A stretch of 63,904 nucleotides of DNA from an uncultured Rickettsiales bacterium (GTDB taxonomy: Bacteria > Pseudomonadota > Alphaproteobacteria > Rickettsiales > JABDBP01): contig CAYVHI010000001.1 in NCBI GenBank assembly GCA_964450945.1, positions 1 to 63,904 of the forward strand, given 5' to 3'. A program made the translations under genes and the position numbers. Of the stretch, positions 38,214-48,485 are shown piece by piece. Within the stretch, counting starts at the first letter, position 1. The number at the start of each line of letters is the position of its first letter. The notes beneath the pieces were generated by a model, which made no database searches, was not told the origin of the DNA, and was given only the letters and a program-made list of their open reading frames with translations.

Positions 38214-40439
38214 ATGATAGAAATAATGGAAAAACCTGCGCGTAAAGATGCCATCTTTTCATTCCTGAATCCTGAGCAGTCTGAAGCCGTGGAGATTATG
38301 GAAGGACCGTTACTCGTGCTGGCCGGCGCTGGCACGGGGAAAACTCGCGTCCTTACCACCCGCATTGCAAATATTCTACTTTCTGGGCGCGCATTCCCAA
38401 GCCAGATTCTTGCGGTAACATTCACTAACAAAGCCGCGCGTGAAATGTCAGAGCGCATAACGAAAATTCTTTCCGAACAGGGAATCCCGCTTAACGGCAA
38501 TTTATGGCTCGGCACGTTCCACTCCATATTTCTTCGCATCCTGCGCCGCCATGCCGAGATTATAGGCTACAAAGAAAACTTCAACATCCTTGATACTGAT
38601 GATCAGCTACGTCTGTTAAAAACTCTTATCGAAGAACATAACATTGATGAGAAACGCTGGCCGGCAAAGCTACTTGCTGCCGCGATTGATAGATTAAAGG
38701 ATCAGGGGTTAACTCCTGAGAAGGCGGCATCTGGCCAGAATATGGATTTCGCCGGTGGAAAACTTATAAAACTTTATGAATCATATCAGCTTCGCCTGCG
38801 CGTTCTAAACGCGATGGATTTTGGTGATATACTTCTTAACACCATAGAACTTTTCCGGAAAAATCCTGATGTACTTTCCGAATATCAGCGCAAATTTAAA
38901 TATGTTCTTGTTGATGAATATCAGGATACCAACATTGCACAATACCTGCTGCTACGGCTGCTTGCGCAAGAGCATAAAAACATATGCTGCGTGGGTGATG
39001 ATGATCAATCCATCTACAGCTGGCGCGGGGCAGAAGTAGGAAATATTTTAAAATTTGAGGCGGATTTTCCGGGCGCGAAAATAATTCGTCTTGAGCGCAA
39101 TTACCGTTCCACACAGGCTATTCTTGCCACTGCATCTCGCGTTATTGCAAATAATAAGGGAAGGCTCGGCAAAACCTTATGGACAGAAGATAAAGGTGGC
39201 AGCAAAGTTAAAGTGGTTTCGCTGTGGGATGATAAGGCGGAAGCCAGCTACATAGCTGCTGAGATTGAGGCGCAACAGCAGCTTCACAAACATCAACTTA
39301 AGGAAATGGCAATACTTGTGCGCGCTGGTTTTCAGACTCGTTCTTTTGAAGAATGCTTCCTCTCCATGTCAATTCCTTACAAGGTGATTGGGGGTTTACG
39401 TTTCTATGAGCGCATGGAAATAAGAGATGCTATTGCATACTTGCGTGTTACCGTACAGCCAGATGATGATCTTGCTTTCGAGCGTATAATAAACACACCA
39501 AAACGCGGAATTGGCAATTCATCTATTGACCAGATAAGGGTTGTCGCGCGTGACCAGAATATTTCTCTCACCAAAGCAATTGAACTCATGCTTGAGCAGA
39601 ATCTTTTCAAACCACGTGTGCGTGAACCACTTGCCAAACTGATGGAGCAATTCGGAAGGTGGCGGCAGATGGTAATGGAAGAAAAACCGCAGCGTGAAAT
39701 CGCTGAGGCGATATTAAAAGAATCCGGCTACATACAGATGTGGAAAACGGAAAATTCTATAGAAGCACAAGGCCGTTTAGAAAACATCAGTGAATTTTTT
39801 AACGCTATAGAAGAGTTTGAAAACCTCTCAACATTCCTTGAGCATGTGAGTTTAGTTAGCGATACAGATAACATCACAGATAACAACATGGTCAATATTA
39901 TGACTCTACACTCCGCTAAGGGCCTGGAGTTTGATACGGTGTTCCTTTCCGGCTGGGAGGAAGGTTTGTTCCCTCACCAGAAATCTCTCGATGAAAAAGG
40001 CACTGCTGGTTTAGAGGAAGAAAGGCGGCTTGCCTATGTCGGCATTACCCGCGCAAGGAAAAATCTATATATCACTTTTGCTGCCAGCCGCCGCATTTTT
40101 AACCAGTGGCAAAATTCAATCCCATCCCGCTTCGTTGATGAGCTTCCGCATGAACATATTGAGATGATAAATTCAGGTGTTAATTACCGCCCGCCGGCCA
40201 CGGGGCAGAAAGTTTTTTTTCCATCCAAAAATCAGGGGCAGATGCCGGTATTTAAGGAAAAGAATAAAGAAACCTATATTCAGGCTCCAAACGCACCCTC
40301 TTTCTATTCCGGCACCCGCATATTCCACGATAAATTTGGTTATGGAACGGTGATTTCCTCGAATAGTCAACAACTTACCATACGCTTTGATAAAGCAGGA
40401 GTTAAAACCCTGATAGAGAGTTTTGTTAAGAAAGTTTAA
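38214..40439 (+). CDS. uvrD: ATP-dependent DNA helicase UvrD/PcrA
   Basis: LAGAGTGKT, LVDEYQDTN, VGDDDQSIY.WRGA, NYRST, TLHSAKGLEF, EEERRLAYVGITRA. Confidence 0.97.
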   Translation: MIEIMEKPARKDAIFSFLNPEQSEAVEIMEGPLLVLAGAGTGKTRVLTTRIANILLSGRAFPSQILAVTFTNKAAREMSERITKILSEQGIPLNGNLWLGTFHSIFLRILRRHAEIIGYKENFNILDTDDQLRLLKTLIEEHNIDEKRWPAKLLAAAIDRLKDQGLTPEKAASGQNMDFAGGKLIKLYESYQLRLRVLNAMDFGDILLNTIELFRKNPDVLSEYQRKFKYVLVDEYQDTNIAQYLLLRLLAQEHKNICCVGDDDQSIYSWRGAEVGNILKFEADFPGAKIIRLERNYRSTQAILATASRVIANNKGRLGKTLWTEDKGGSKVKVVSLWDDKAEASYIAAEIEAQQQLHKHQLKEMAILVRAGFQTRSFEECFLSMSIPYKVIGGLRFYERMEIRDAIAYLRVTVQPDDDLAFERIINTPKRGIGNSSIDQIRVVARDQNISLTKAIELMLEQNLFKPRVREPLAKLMEQFGRWRQMVMEEKPQREIAEAILKESGYIQMWKTENSIEAQGRLENISEFFNAIEEFENLSTFLEHVSLVSDTDNITDNNMVNIMTLHSAKGLEFDTVFLSGWEEGLFPHQKSLDEKGTAGLEEERRLAYVGITRARKNLYITFAASRRIFNQWQNSIPSRFVDELPHEHIEMINSGVNYRPPATGQKVFFPSKNQGQMPVFKEKNKETYIQAPNAPSFYSGTRIFHDKFGYGTVISSNSQQLTIRFDKAGVKTLIESFVKKV

Positions 40440-40467
40440 ACCTTTTTGCTTTATTATACCCATTAAT

Positions 40468-41517
40468 ATGGCAGACAGAAAAAAAATAAGCATAGATAAA
40501 TCTCGTGAACTAGTCAGGGCAGGCTCAGGTGATTATGAGGTAACAGGAATTAGCAATAATTCACATCTTCATATAATGGGAGAATCAGATGTATTGATCT
40601 CTGGCCCAATGTTTCCTGGTTCCGAATTAAAGATTGCAAGAGGCTTGATCACAATAGACAAAAATTCCGAATGCGTAGGAAAGGTAACATGCAAGAGCGG
40701 AAAAATTATCCTTGATGTCGGCTGCCATATACTTGAGGATGCACACCTCACCGCACCAAGGATTGTGGTGGCGCCACATGTTGTAATTGAAACACCGAAT
40801 CTTACCTGCCATGAGCTTGTGTTCTTACGTGAAGGAAAAATAAATAGAGGATTCTATACCGAAGGAACCACACCATTTACCGTAATCCTCGAAGGCTGGA
40901 ATACTATAGAACCCGGTGAAAAAACCGGCAACCCCACAGTGCTTGAGGCCGGGCGTGATTTCAGGATTGGGCCTGAGGTAAAATTTGGTAAACCTGGCTC
41001 TGATAGTGAAAAAATAATAGTTATGAGTAGGGCAAATATCTTTGCTGACGAAGTCGATTTTACAGATGTTAGTGTGCTGGCCGGTTTCTATGTCTCTGCA
41101 AGGAGCTTTACTGATTGTTTTGTTGAGATAACCGATAGAACCGATCTTAATCATTTTGTCCACGCAAGAACGGCAGAGAAAAGTAAAATTATCAATGTGA
41201 ATGGCCTTGTAATCATTGATGATATCGGCAAGGAGTCAGAAGTAACGGCAGAAGAAGTGCGGGCAAAAACAATTGGCGGCGGCACATTCATCAGAACAAT
41301 AAATCTTACTGCAGAAGCTATCGGCACAGCAGAAATCGTTGCAGAGGGAGAGCTCATTATTGATAATATTGGGGCGTACGCAAAAATTAAGGCGGATGTA
41401 GTAAGAGTGGAAAAAATCCATAAAGATGCAGAAGTAGAGGCAAGAAAAATATATATAGGCAAAAAACTTGTTGAAGGAAATTCATGGCCTGTAGACCAGA
41501 AACAAAGATTAGACTAA
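40468..41517 (+). CDS. Hypothetical protein with beta-solenoid-like repeats
   Basis: Periodic V/I-x-A-x-x-I pattern over the C-terminal half. Confidence 0.6.
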   Translation: MADRKKISIDKSRELVRAGSGDYEVTGISNNSHLHIMGESDVLISGPMFPGSELKIARGLITIDKNSECVGKVTCKSGKIILDVGCHILEDAHLTAPRIVVAPHVVIETPNLTCHELVFLREGKINRGFYTEGTTPFTVILEGWNTIEPGEKTGNPTVLEAGRDFRIGPEVKFGKPGSDSEKIIVMSRANIFADEVDFTDVSVLAGFYVSARSFTDCFVEITDRTDLNHFVHARTAEKSKIINVNGLVIIDDIGKESEVTAEEVRAKTIGGGTFIRTINLTAEAIGTAEIVAEGELIIDNIGAYAKIKADVVRVEKIHKDAEVEARKIYIGKKLVEGNSWPVDQKQRLD

Positions 41518-41544
41518 GATAAACAAAACACTTAGGAGTAATCT

Positions 41545-42048
41545 ATGCGGTTTTTGTTTTTATTTCTTTTCTTCATACTTGCTTACCCATCCTGCTTTGC
41601 TGCTGCTACTCCGTCGACGCAGAAAATAATAATAAGTGATTGGAGCACACTCCTTAAAGCGCTTGATGCTGAGGGTATTGATACATACTCACTTGACTGG
41701 ACAGAGGTTGATAGCGGTTGCAGCTTTTACCGCGAAAAAGGCGATGAGGCATATAATGATTGCCGGCTTAAAAAAGCGCGCGACCAGGATGATTACGCAA
41801 ATAACAATAAAACATGCTCTATACGCGCCAACAATACATATCCTGATTCACTGCTGAAGCCCGAAACCGAAAAAAGGATAATTAAGGAAAAGGACGGAGA
41901 AAAAAAAGAAACAAAGTTAATCCGTGAAGCGATAAGTCAGGAAAAACTTAATTCCCTGCGCAGAAAAGATTTCTATCAGTGTATGATTGATTTTGGCTGG
42001 TCAAACCCTGATAACTGGAAAAGCGGCAGAAGACTAACCACCGAGTAA
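41545..42048 (+). CDS. Secreted hypothetical protein
   Basis: MRFLFLFLFFILAYPSCFA signal peptide; RBS aggag. Confidence 0.65.
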   Translation: MRFLFLFLFFILAYPSCFAAATPSTQKIIISDWSTLLKALDAEGIDTYSLDWTEVDSGCSFYREKGDEAYNDCRLKKARDQDDYANNNKTCSIRANNTYPDSLLKPETEKRIIKEKDGEKKETKLIREAISQEKLNSLRRKDFYQCMIDFGWSNPDNWKSGRRLTTE

Positions 42049-42052
42049 AACA

Positions 42053-43405
42053 TCATTGTTTCGGCAGCATATCCATAAGGCCGGAACGCATAAGCTGTTT
42101 CTGATCCATCCGCCCTACTTTCTTCATCATATCTGCCATCTGGCGCTGCTGTTTTAATATACGATTCACTTCCTGAATGGTTGTGCCTGAACCGGCAACT
42201 ATCCTTTTCTTGCGGGAGCTGTTTATTATTTTTGGGTTATGCCGTTCTTTTTTCGTCATTGAGTAAATAATGGCAAGCTGGCGGTCAAACTGCTTTTCAT
42301 CAATATTAGCACCGGCAAGCTGTTGTTTTATTTTTCCGATACCGGGAAGCATATTCATTATCGATCCAATGCCACCCATCTTCTTGATGTTTTTTATCTG
42401 GTCTGCCAGATCATCAAAATCAAATTCACCTTTTTTTATTTTCTTTGCGAGTTTTTCCGCATCTTCAATTTTTACAGTCTCAACCGCTTTTTCCACCATC
42501 CCCACTATATCGCCCATACCTAGTATGCGTGAGGCAATGCGATCAGGGTAGAACTCCTCAAACTCTTCCAGTTTTTCGCCAGTACCGATAAATTTTATCG
42601 GGCAGCCAGTCGTCATCTTCATGGAAAGTGCAGCACCACCCCTTCCATCACCATCAATACGGGTAAGCACAATAGATGTCATTCCTACCTGCTCGTGAAA
42701 AGCTTTTGCCATGGTAACCGCATCTTGACCAAGCAGACTGTCTGCAACAAGAAGTGTTTCAATAGGATTGGTTTTCTGTTTGATGATTTTTAATTCTTCA
42801 ATCAGCTCCTGGTCAATATGCAGGCGGCCGGCTGTATCTAAAATCAGTATATCATAACCACCAAGCCGTGCTTCTTTCAGTGCACGCTCTGCTATGCTTG
42901 AAGGCTTCTGGCCTTCTATTATTGGAAGCGTATCAATCCCCGTTCTCTTACCCAGCACTGCAAGTTGTTCTTGCGCAGCCGGGCGGTAAATATCCAGTGA
43001 TGCCAGTAGGATTTTTTTGTTCTGTTTTGTCTTAAGGCGAAGAGCAAGTTTTCCTGATGTCGTTGTTTTTCCGGAACCTTGCAGCCCGGCCATCAATATC
43101 ACAGCCGGCGGCGTTGTATTTAAATTTAGTGGAGCGAACCCGCCACCCAGAATTTCTTTCAGCTCATCGCTTACGATTTTTATTACTGCTTGCGCCGGCG
43201 AAATACTTTTCACCACTTCAGCCCCAAGTGCTTTTGCTTTCACTCTCTCTATGAATTCCTTGGCAACGGGGAGCGCAACATCTGCCTCAAGAAGGGCAAT
43301 TCGCACTTCACGCATTGCTTCATTGATATCTTCTTCACGGATGACACCGCGGCCTTTCAGTTTATCTAAAACTTTTCCTAAATTATTACTTAGACTTTCG
43401 AACAT
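42053..43405 (-). CDS. ffh: Signal recognition particle protein
   Basis: MFESLS, GLQGSGKTTT, DTAGR, DGDGRGGAALS, RILGMGD. Confidence 0.98.
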   Translation of the reverse strand: MFESLSNNLGKVLDKLKGRGVIREEDINEAMREVRIALLEADVALPVAKEFIERVKAKALGAEVVKSISPAQAVIKIVSDELKEILGGGFAPLNLNTTPPAVILMAGLQGSGKTTTSGKLALRLKTKQNKKILLASLDIYRPAAQEQLAVLGKRTGIDTLPIIEGQKPSSIAERALKEARLGGYDILILDTAGRLHIDQELIEELKIIKQKTNPIETLLVADSLLGQDAVTMAKAFHEQVGMTSIVLTRIDGDGRGGAALSMKMTTGCPIKFIGTGEKLEEFEEFYPDRIASRILGMGDIVGMVEKAVETVKIEDAEKLAKKIKKGEFDFDDLADQIKNIKKMGGIGSIMNMLPGIGKIKQQLAGANIDEKQFDRQLAIIYSMTKKERHNPKIINSSRKKRIVAGSGTTIQEVNRILKQQRQMADMMKKVGRMDQKQLMRSGLMDMLPKQ

Positions 43406-44312
43406 AATTTTCTGCAGGATCTTGGTGTATCATCACCTCAGCATGAGGAAATTCCTTTGCAATCTGCTGCTCAAGTCCATCTGCAATTTCATGAGCTTTG
43501 TTAAGCGTTATCTTGCCATCAAGTTCCAGATGCATCTGGATGAAAGAACGAAGACCAGCAGCCCTTGTCCTTAAGTCGTGAACACCTTTCACATCAGGGT
43601 GAGCAAGCACAATATTTTTTATTCGCTCACGGTCTTTTTCATCAAATTCCCGGTCCATCAGATTCTGGAACGCACGTACGCTGATTTTCCACGCACCTGC
43701 AAAAATATAACCAGCAACAATTAACGCCAGCAGAGGGTCAATCCACATGAACCCATATTTCTGCGAAGCAAACAGAGAGATGATTATAAGTAGGTTGGCA
43801 AGTATGTCTGTTATGTAGTGATATGAGTCTGCGGTGATAACACCTGATTTGGTTTTATGGACAACATATTTCTGGAATATGACGAGTCCAAGCGTCATCA
43901 CCATGGAAATCACCATGATGATGATTCCTGTCTCTTCCTGCTGGATAGGGTGCAGGTTGAAAAACCTGCTCACTGCTTCCACCACAATAAAAAGGCCGGA
44001 ACCAACAATAAAAATTGTCTGTGCCAGCGCGGCAATATCCTCTGCTTTTCCATGGCCGAACCGGTGCTCTTTGTCTGGCGGCTGCAGCGCATAGCGCACC
44101 GCCACAAAATTAATTGTGGAAGTTGCCACATCAAGCATCGAATCAATCAGTGAGGAAAGTATAACCAGTGAATCAGTCTTCACCCATGCAAAAAATTTTA
44201 TAAGCACAATAATCGATGCAACGGTTATCGATGCAATAGTTGCAATTTTCATCAGCCGGCCTTTGTGGCCTAGATGAATTTCATTATGTGAATGGTTATG
44301 CATGTGTGCCAT
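43386..44312 (-). CDS. fieF: Cation diffusion facilitator FieF
   Basis: SLIDSMLD, HRFGHGKAE, ADSYHYITD, VHDLRTR, IQMHLELD, IHQDP. Confidence 0.92.
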   Translation of the reverse strand: MAHMHNHSHNEIHLGHKGRLMKIATIASITVASIIVLIKFFAWVKTDSLVILSSLIDSMLDVATSTINFVAVRYALQPPDKEHRFGHGKAEDIAALAQTIFIVGSGLFIVVEAVSRFFNLHPIQQEETGIIIMVISMVMTLGLVIFQKYVVHKTKSGVITADSYHYITDILANLLIIISLFASQKYGFMWIDPLLALIVAGYIFAGAWKISVRAFQNLMDREFDEKDRERIKNIVLAHPDVKGVHDLRTRAAGLRSFIQMHLELDGKITLNKAHEIADGLEQQIAKEFPHAEVMIHQDPAENYVRKSK

Positions 44313-44458
44313 ATCAAAAAAGCAATCTAGCAAACATGGGTTCGAATATAAAGCCTTAATCTTTCCTATTTTCAGGCAACAAAAAATCCCCTCTCTTTTT
44401 ATCAAAGGAGGTGATTTTTGTTTCTTTAGCAGTTACGGATTCTACTGCATTAATGGTT

Positions 44459-44492
44459 GCTATTTTTCCGGGGACGATCCCGGAAAAATAGC
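44459..44492. terminator. Perfect 14-bp hairpin, cassette terminator
   Basis: gctatttttccggg-gacgat-cccggaaaaatagc. Confidence 0.7.
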
Positions 44493-44500
44493 GCTGGACG

Positions 44501-44749
44501 TCACTTATCAAGCCTCTTATGCAGCACCTCCTCATCGTCGATCAGGTGCAGCATCACCGGAAGACCCAGCTGTTCGCGCGCTTCCGGCTCGAGAATGCGG
44601 ATACGACCGGTACGTCCGGCCGGTTCGCCGATCCGCCACTGCCTCTCCCCGAGATTACGAACGTAGTAGCGGGTGGGTTGGCGGCCTTCTCCTGGTTCCG
44701 TCTCCAGGATAAGGTCGTCACCCAGGTCAACACACGACACCGTGACCAT
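44501..44749 (-). CDS. Cassette ORF, hypothetical (82 aa)
   Basis: GC-rich; ATG after ggagg; upstream hairpin ccaaactcttg..caagagttgg. Confidence 0.65.
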   Translation of the reverse strand: MVTVSCVDLGDDLILETEPGEGRQPTRYYVRNLGERQWRIGEPAGRTGRIRILEPEAREQLGLPVMLHLIDDEEVLHKRLDK

Positions 44750-44987
44750 GATGGCAGTCCTCCAACTTGAGGTACCAACTCTTGTCAATCCTTGACCCAA
44801 GAGTTTGGACGGTATGTAGGGGCGGTCATACCCCGAGCATGCATCCATGCAGTTATTATCTATATTCTATGCCTATATCTTCAAACTCTCAATGATATTT
44901 ACACCAATTTAGTGCATTTAAGATGTTGATATAAAAGGATAAAAACTACTATTTTAATCTAAATTAGATGATAATTTTAGAGCTATT

Positions 44988-45443
44988 TTAATCTCTATGA
45001 TAGGGATGATTATTTTTTATTGACCAGACACGGTAAAGCTGTTCGGCAAGCATACAGCGCACCAGCAGGTGCGGCCATGTCATGTTGCCAAGGGAGATAA
45101 TATAATCGGCACGTTTTTTTATGGCTTCGCTGTGCCCATCCGCACCACCGATAAGAAAAGCGATGCCATCACTTGTCTGCTCACCAACCTTTTCTATGAG
45201 CCCGGCAAATTCCCTTGTGCTGTAGTGTTTGCCTTTTTCATCAAGCAGGATTATTTTACTGTTCCCGGCCGCTTTAAGTAGAAGTTCCGTTTCAGCTTCT
45301 TTAAGTTTTTCTGCTGGAAGTTTCCGCTTTTCTTCAACTTCCTTAAGCTCCACATTCCAGCGGATGCGGCCCATATAATCATTGAAAATCTCCCGCTCAG
45401 TGGCAGATTTCCATTTCCCAACAGCAATTATTCTTATTTTCAT
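44988..45443 (-). CDS. rlmH: 23S rRNA (pseudouridine1915-N3)-methyltransferase
   Basis: LDEKGK, FLIGGADG, SLG.MTWPH.LVR.ML.EQLYR, HPYHR. Confidence 0.96.
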   Translation of the reverse strand: MKIRIIAVGKWKSATEREIFNDYMGRIRWNVELKEVEEKRKLPAEKLKEAETELLLKAAGNSKIILLDEKGKHYSTREFAGLIEKVGEQTSDGIAFLIGGADGHSEAIKKRADYIISLGNMTWPHLLVRCMLAEQLYRVWSIKNNHPYHRD

Positions 45444-45530
45444 GAGAAGATTTATAATATAGAAGCAGGCAAAGGGGCAATCCTCTTCGTAAGAAGAAGG
45501 CCTTTTATAAAGACCCTATTTAATAGCTCT

Positions 45531-45899
45531 CTAGTGAGCCATTTCGGCAATCGGCATAGAAGCATCCCACATCTTCTCAAGATTATAAGTCTTGCGAAGG
45601 TCTGGCCGGAAGAGGTGGACAACCACGAATGGGTTATCAACCAATACCCAGTCACATGTAGGGAAACCTTCAGTGCCAAAGCAAGAGTACCCAGCTTTCC
45701 TCAGGCGCTCTACCAATTTTTCAGCCATAGAGCCAACATGCCTTGAGGATGTGCCTGAAGCAACAATCATAAAGTCTGCCATGTCGGATTTGCCGGAAAG
45801 ATCAATAGTCACTATGTCTTGCGCTTTATCGTTCGCTAAGGTGTCTTGGATAAAATCTCTTACTTCTTGCGCTTTGTAACCGTTTTCCTTGTTTTTCAC
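45531..45899 (-). CDS. rsfS: Ribosome silencing factor
   Basis: L..DKAQDIV.IDL, AD.MIVASGTS.RHV, DWVLVD, VHLFRP..R..YNLEKMW. Confidence 0.95.
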   Translation of the reverse strand: MKNKENGYKAQEVRDFIQDTLANDKAQDIVTIDLSGKSDMADFMIVASGTSSRHVGSMAEKLVERLRKAGYSCFGTEGFPTCDWVLVDNPFVVVHLFRPDLRKTYNLEKMWDASMPIAEMAH

Positions 45900-46027
45900 T
45901 CGTTTCCTTTTTTACTACCTGTAAAAATTCGTACAAAAAGCTTATTTCTAAACCCTTTTAGTACTTATCCTTATTATACAACAACCTGTGGATAAGTCAA
46001 TATATCTATTTGCATCATATTGATATA

Positions 46028-46594
46028 TCAGTATTTTTTATTTCTTATCTCGGTTGAGGAAATTGCCAGCTTCCTTATCTTCATGAAGCACCACGCTGGC
46101 GGTTTTCTTGAAATTAATGATTTTTCCGCATTTTCGGTGATGACCATTTTATTGAAGGTCGCAGCAACCCTGCTGTTTAACACATTAAATGAATATCCTG
46201 GCCTGTCAAAAACTGCTATTGGCACTGCCTTGAATATCTCCCTCCAGCGCTTCCATTTATGGAATGTTGCAAGTCCGTCTGCCCCCATCAGCCATATGAA
46301 CTTATGTTCGGGATGCTCTTTTTTCAATTCATGCAATATATCTATAGTGTAGGCGGAACCTATCTTTTTCTCGATATCGCTTACCAATATCCTTGGATGC
46401 CCAGAGGCTATGTTTCTTGCGCTTTTTAAGCGTTCCTCAAAATTATCCCTATCTTTTGCTGATTTTAGCGGGTTACCGATTGTCACTAACCACCAAACTT
46501 GGTCAAGACCAAGGCGCTTCATCGCCTCTATGCTGATATGCAAATGCCCCTTATGTGCGGGGTTGAACGTGCCACCTAATAATCCGATACGCAA
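46028..46594 (-). CDS. nadD: Nicotinate-nucleotide adenylyltransferase
   Basis: IGLLGGTFNPAHKGH, WLMGAD.L..FH.W, ISSTEIR. Confidence 0.95.
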   Translation of the reverse strand: MRIGLLGGTFNPAHKGHLHISIEAMKRLGLDQVWWLVTIGNPLKSAKDRDNFEERLKSARNIASGHPRILVSDIEKKIGSAYTIDILHELKKEHPEHKFIWLMGADGLATFHKWKRWREIFKAVPIAVFDRPGYSFNVLNSRVAATFNKMVITENAEKSLISRKPPAWCFMKIRKLAISSTEIRNKKY

Positions 46595-46634
46595 TTTATA
46601 TAACCCATTTTTATATTATCAATTTTTATCATCA

Positions 46635-47300
46635 TTATTCTTGAGGCTTATATGAACTTTTAATATATGCCGGCGGCACTGCAGCTTTTTTCCATGTTGC
46701 TTCGAACTGCTTGCGGAAACTATCTGTAATTGCCCTGTTCTCGATCACAAGTATCCTTTGTATCGGTTTCCACAATATTATTGCATATTTATTTTCATAT
46801 ATGAAGTGCGGCACCTGGCTGAATCTTTCTGCCGGCACCCAGCGGTAATGCTCCCGGTAATCAACAAAAAAATTATCTCCATGTAGGGAAAGCACCCGGC
46901 TGCCTATGTTATTTTCTTTCCATATTTTTAAATATTCTTTGAACTTTGTTTCACCCGCTGCGATGAAGTAACGTTCATCCACACCATTACAAAACATGAC
47001 TTGCCCTGGCTTAAGAGTTTTGTTTATATCATCAAATAATCTAAAAACCGCATCTTTTCCTTCAAATACCCTAACCTGCAATGTATCTGCCCTGAGACGC
47101 ACTCCCGGCCCCTCAATAAACTCAACCCCTCCTCCCTCCATGGCTTTCCCTATCTTTTGCAGGGATTCTGCTCGTGGCATTACTATCCGCCTTTCTATCT
47201 TATTTATGGCGTCCTTGGAAACTCCAGAATATTTTGCCAGCTCGTTCTGGTTCCACTCCAGCAATGCTCTTCCAGCCTTAATTTGCTCAACAGTTATCAC
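46635..47300 (-). CDS. XRE-family HTH transcriptional regulator with C-terminal domain
   Basis: ITVEQIKAGRALLEWNQNELA..SGVS...I..IER...GGVEFI N-terminus. Confidence 0.8.
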   Translation of the reverse strand: MITVEQIKAGRALLEWNQNELAKYSGVSKDAINKIERRIVMPRAESLQKIGKAMEGGGVEFIEGPGVRLRADTLQVRVFEGKDAVFRLFDDINKTLKPGQVMFCNGVDERYFIAAGETKFKEYLKIWKENNIGSRVLSLHGDNFFVDYREHYRWVPAERFSQVPHFIYENKYAIILWKPIQRILVIENRAITDSFRKQFEATWKKAAVPPAYIKSSYKPQE

Positions 47301-47370
47301 TTTTTTTGTCCCTCATAATACCTGCATATATTGATGTAATATAAGCCTTTTTCATTCCCCACCAATCATA

Positions 47371-47402
47371 AATACGTATTTTACGTACTATTATACGTAT
47401 AA
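47371..47402. promoter_or_regulatory. Candidate operator palindromes (TACGTA x3)
   Basis: aatacgtatt, tacgta and ttatacgtataa between the regulator and the divergent genes. Confidence 0.5.
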
Positions 47403-47469
47403 GACGCTCCATAAGCAAGGGTTTTCCTGTTATTATTAGAACATCAGAAAAACAAAAGGAGTAAACAAA

Positions 47470-47769
47470 ATGGGTTTAGGAATAGCATCAGCAAATCAAA
47501 AAGGCGTAGGGATGAAGTATCAGCCAGACCAGTTAAGTCTGGCGATGAAACCATCTCTTCCCACTCCTCCGGCACCAAAGCCGAAGAAGAAGATAAGCTC
47601 TGCTGTGAAATGGGCCCTGATACGCGCGGAAAGGGAAAAGAAAATCCGCCTGCAAATTGCCATATTGATGGCGAAAGTTGCAGGATCTGCCAGCAAATCC
47701 GAAAAGAAAAGCTGGGTTGAGCATGTGAAATCAAACTTCAATGCCAACTCATTTGCTTTAACTGCTTAA
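47470..47769 (+). CDS. Small basic hypothetical protein
   Basis: RBS aaaggag; 99 aa. Confidence 0.6.
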   Translation: MGLGIASANQKGVGMKYQPDQLSLAMKPSLPTPPAPKPKKKISSAVKWALIRAEREKKIRLQIAILMAKVAGSASKSEKKSWVEHVKSNFNANSFALTA

Positions 47770-47798
47770 TAACTATTTTTTAACTAAGGGAGGAAATT

Positions 47799-48482
47799 AT
47801 GATAAATGAGAATAACTACATAACAGCCGGGAAAGGTTACAGGAACGATCCCGTAAGCGATCTTAAGACACTAGTAGAATTTAGGAACTCAACCCCAGGC
47901 TTTGAAGAATGGTGTAATCCAGCGTTGGATAATTTACTTAATGTAATCACCAGCAGTATGACAGAAGAGACCAGGAAAGGTAAGCGTGGTCCGGAAAAAG
48001 TTAAATTCATAGCCATTGAAAAATCAAATACCGATGCATTAAGTATTGTTCTTGATGCGGTCCCGAAGGTTCTGCACTTGATATCAGGAAAGAATGGCCA
48101 TTCTTTATATGCTATAGGTAATGTAATTCAAGAAGCTTATTCTACTACTTTTACAACTGGATATAAAATGAGTTCACGGCCTAGCGATTTTGGCAGACAG
48201 GAGCTCATAGATGCTGGCCGCCAAATTGGTGGATATGACGATAATTCTGTATCCGGAAAACTGGGTAAGGCGGGCAGAGATATTTTAGATGTGCGCTCGG
48301 CTTATAATGGCCTTATGCCAACACTTATACACCTCCACTCTCAAGCTGTAGAAGTTATCTTGGAGAAGGCTTTGGGAAAAAAGGTCGATCAGCTTGAAAA
48401 AGCTCCGGCTATCGATCCTAAGGAAGGAGAGGTACGCACAGCAGGCACACCGGAAGTCACCCGTGAAGCAAAGAGGCAGTAA
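47799..48482 (+). CDS. Hypothetical protein
   Basis: RBS agggagg; 227 aa. Confidence 0.7.
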   Translation: MINENNYITAGKGYRNDPVSDLKTLVEFRNSTPGFEEWCNPALDNLLNVITSSMTEETRKGKRGPEKVKFIAIEKSNTDALSIVLDAVPKVLHLISGKNGHSLYAIGNVIQEAYSTTFTTGYKMSSRPSDFGRQELIDAGRQIGGYDDNSVSGKLGKAGRDILDVRSAYNGLMPTLIHLHSQAVEVILEKALGKKVDQLEKAPAIDPKEGEVRTAGTPEVTREAKRQ

Positions 48483-48485
48483 CCA

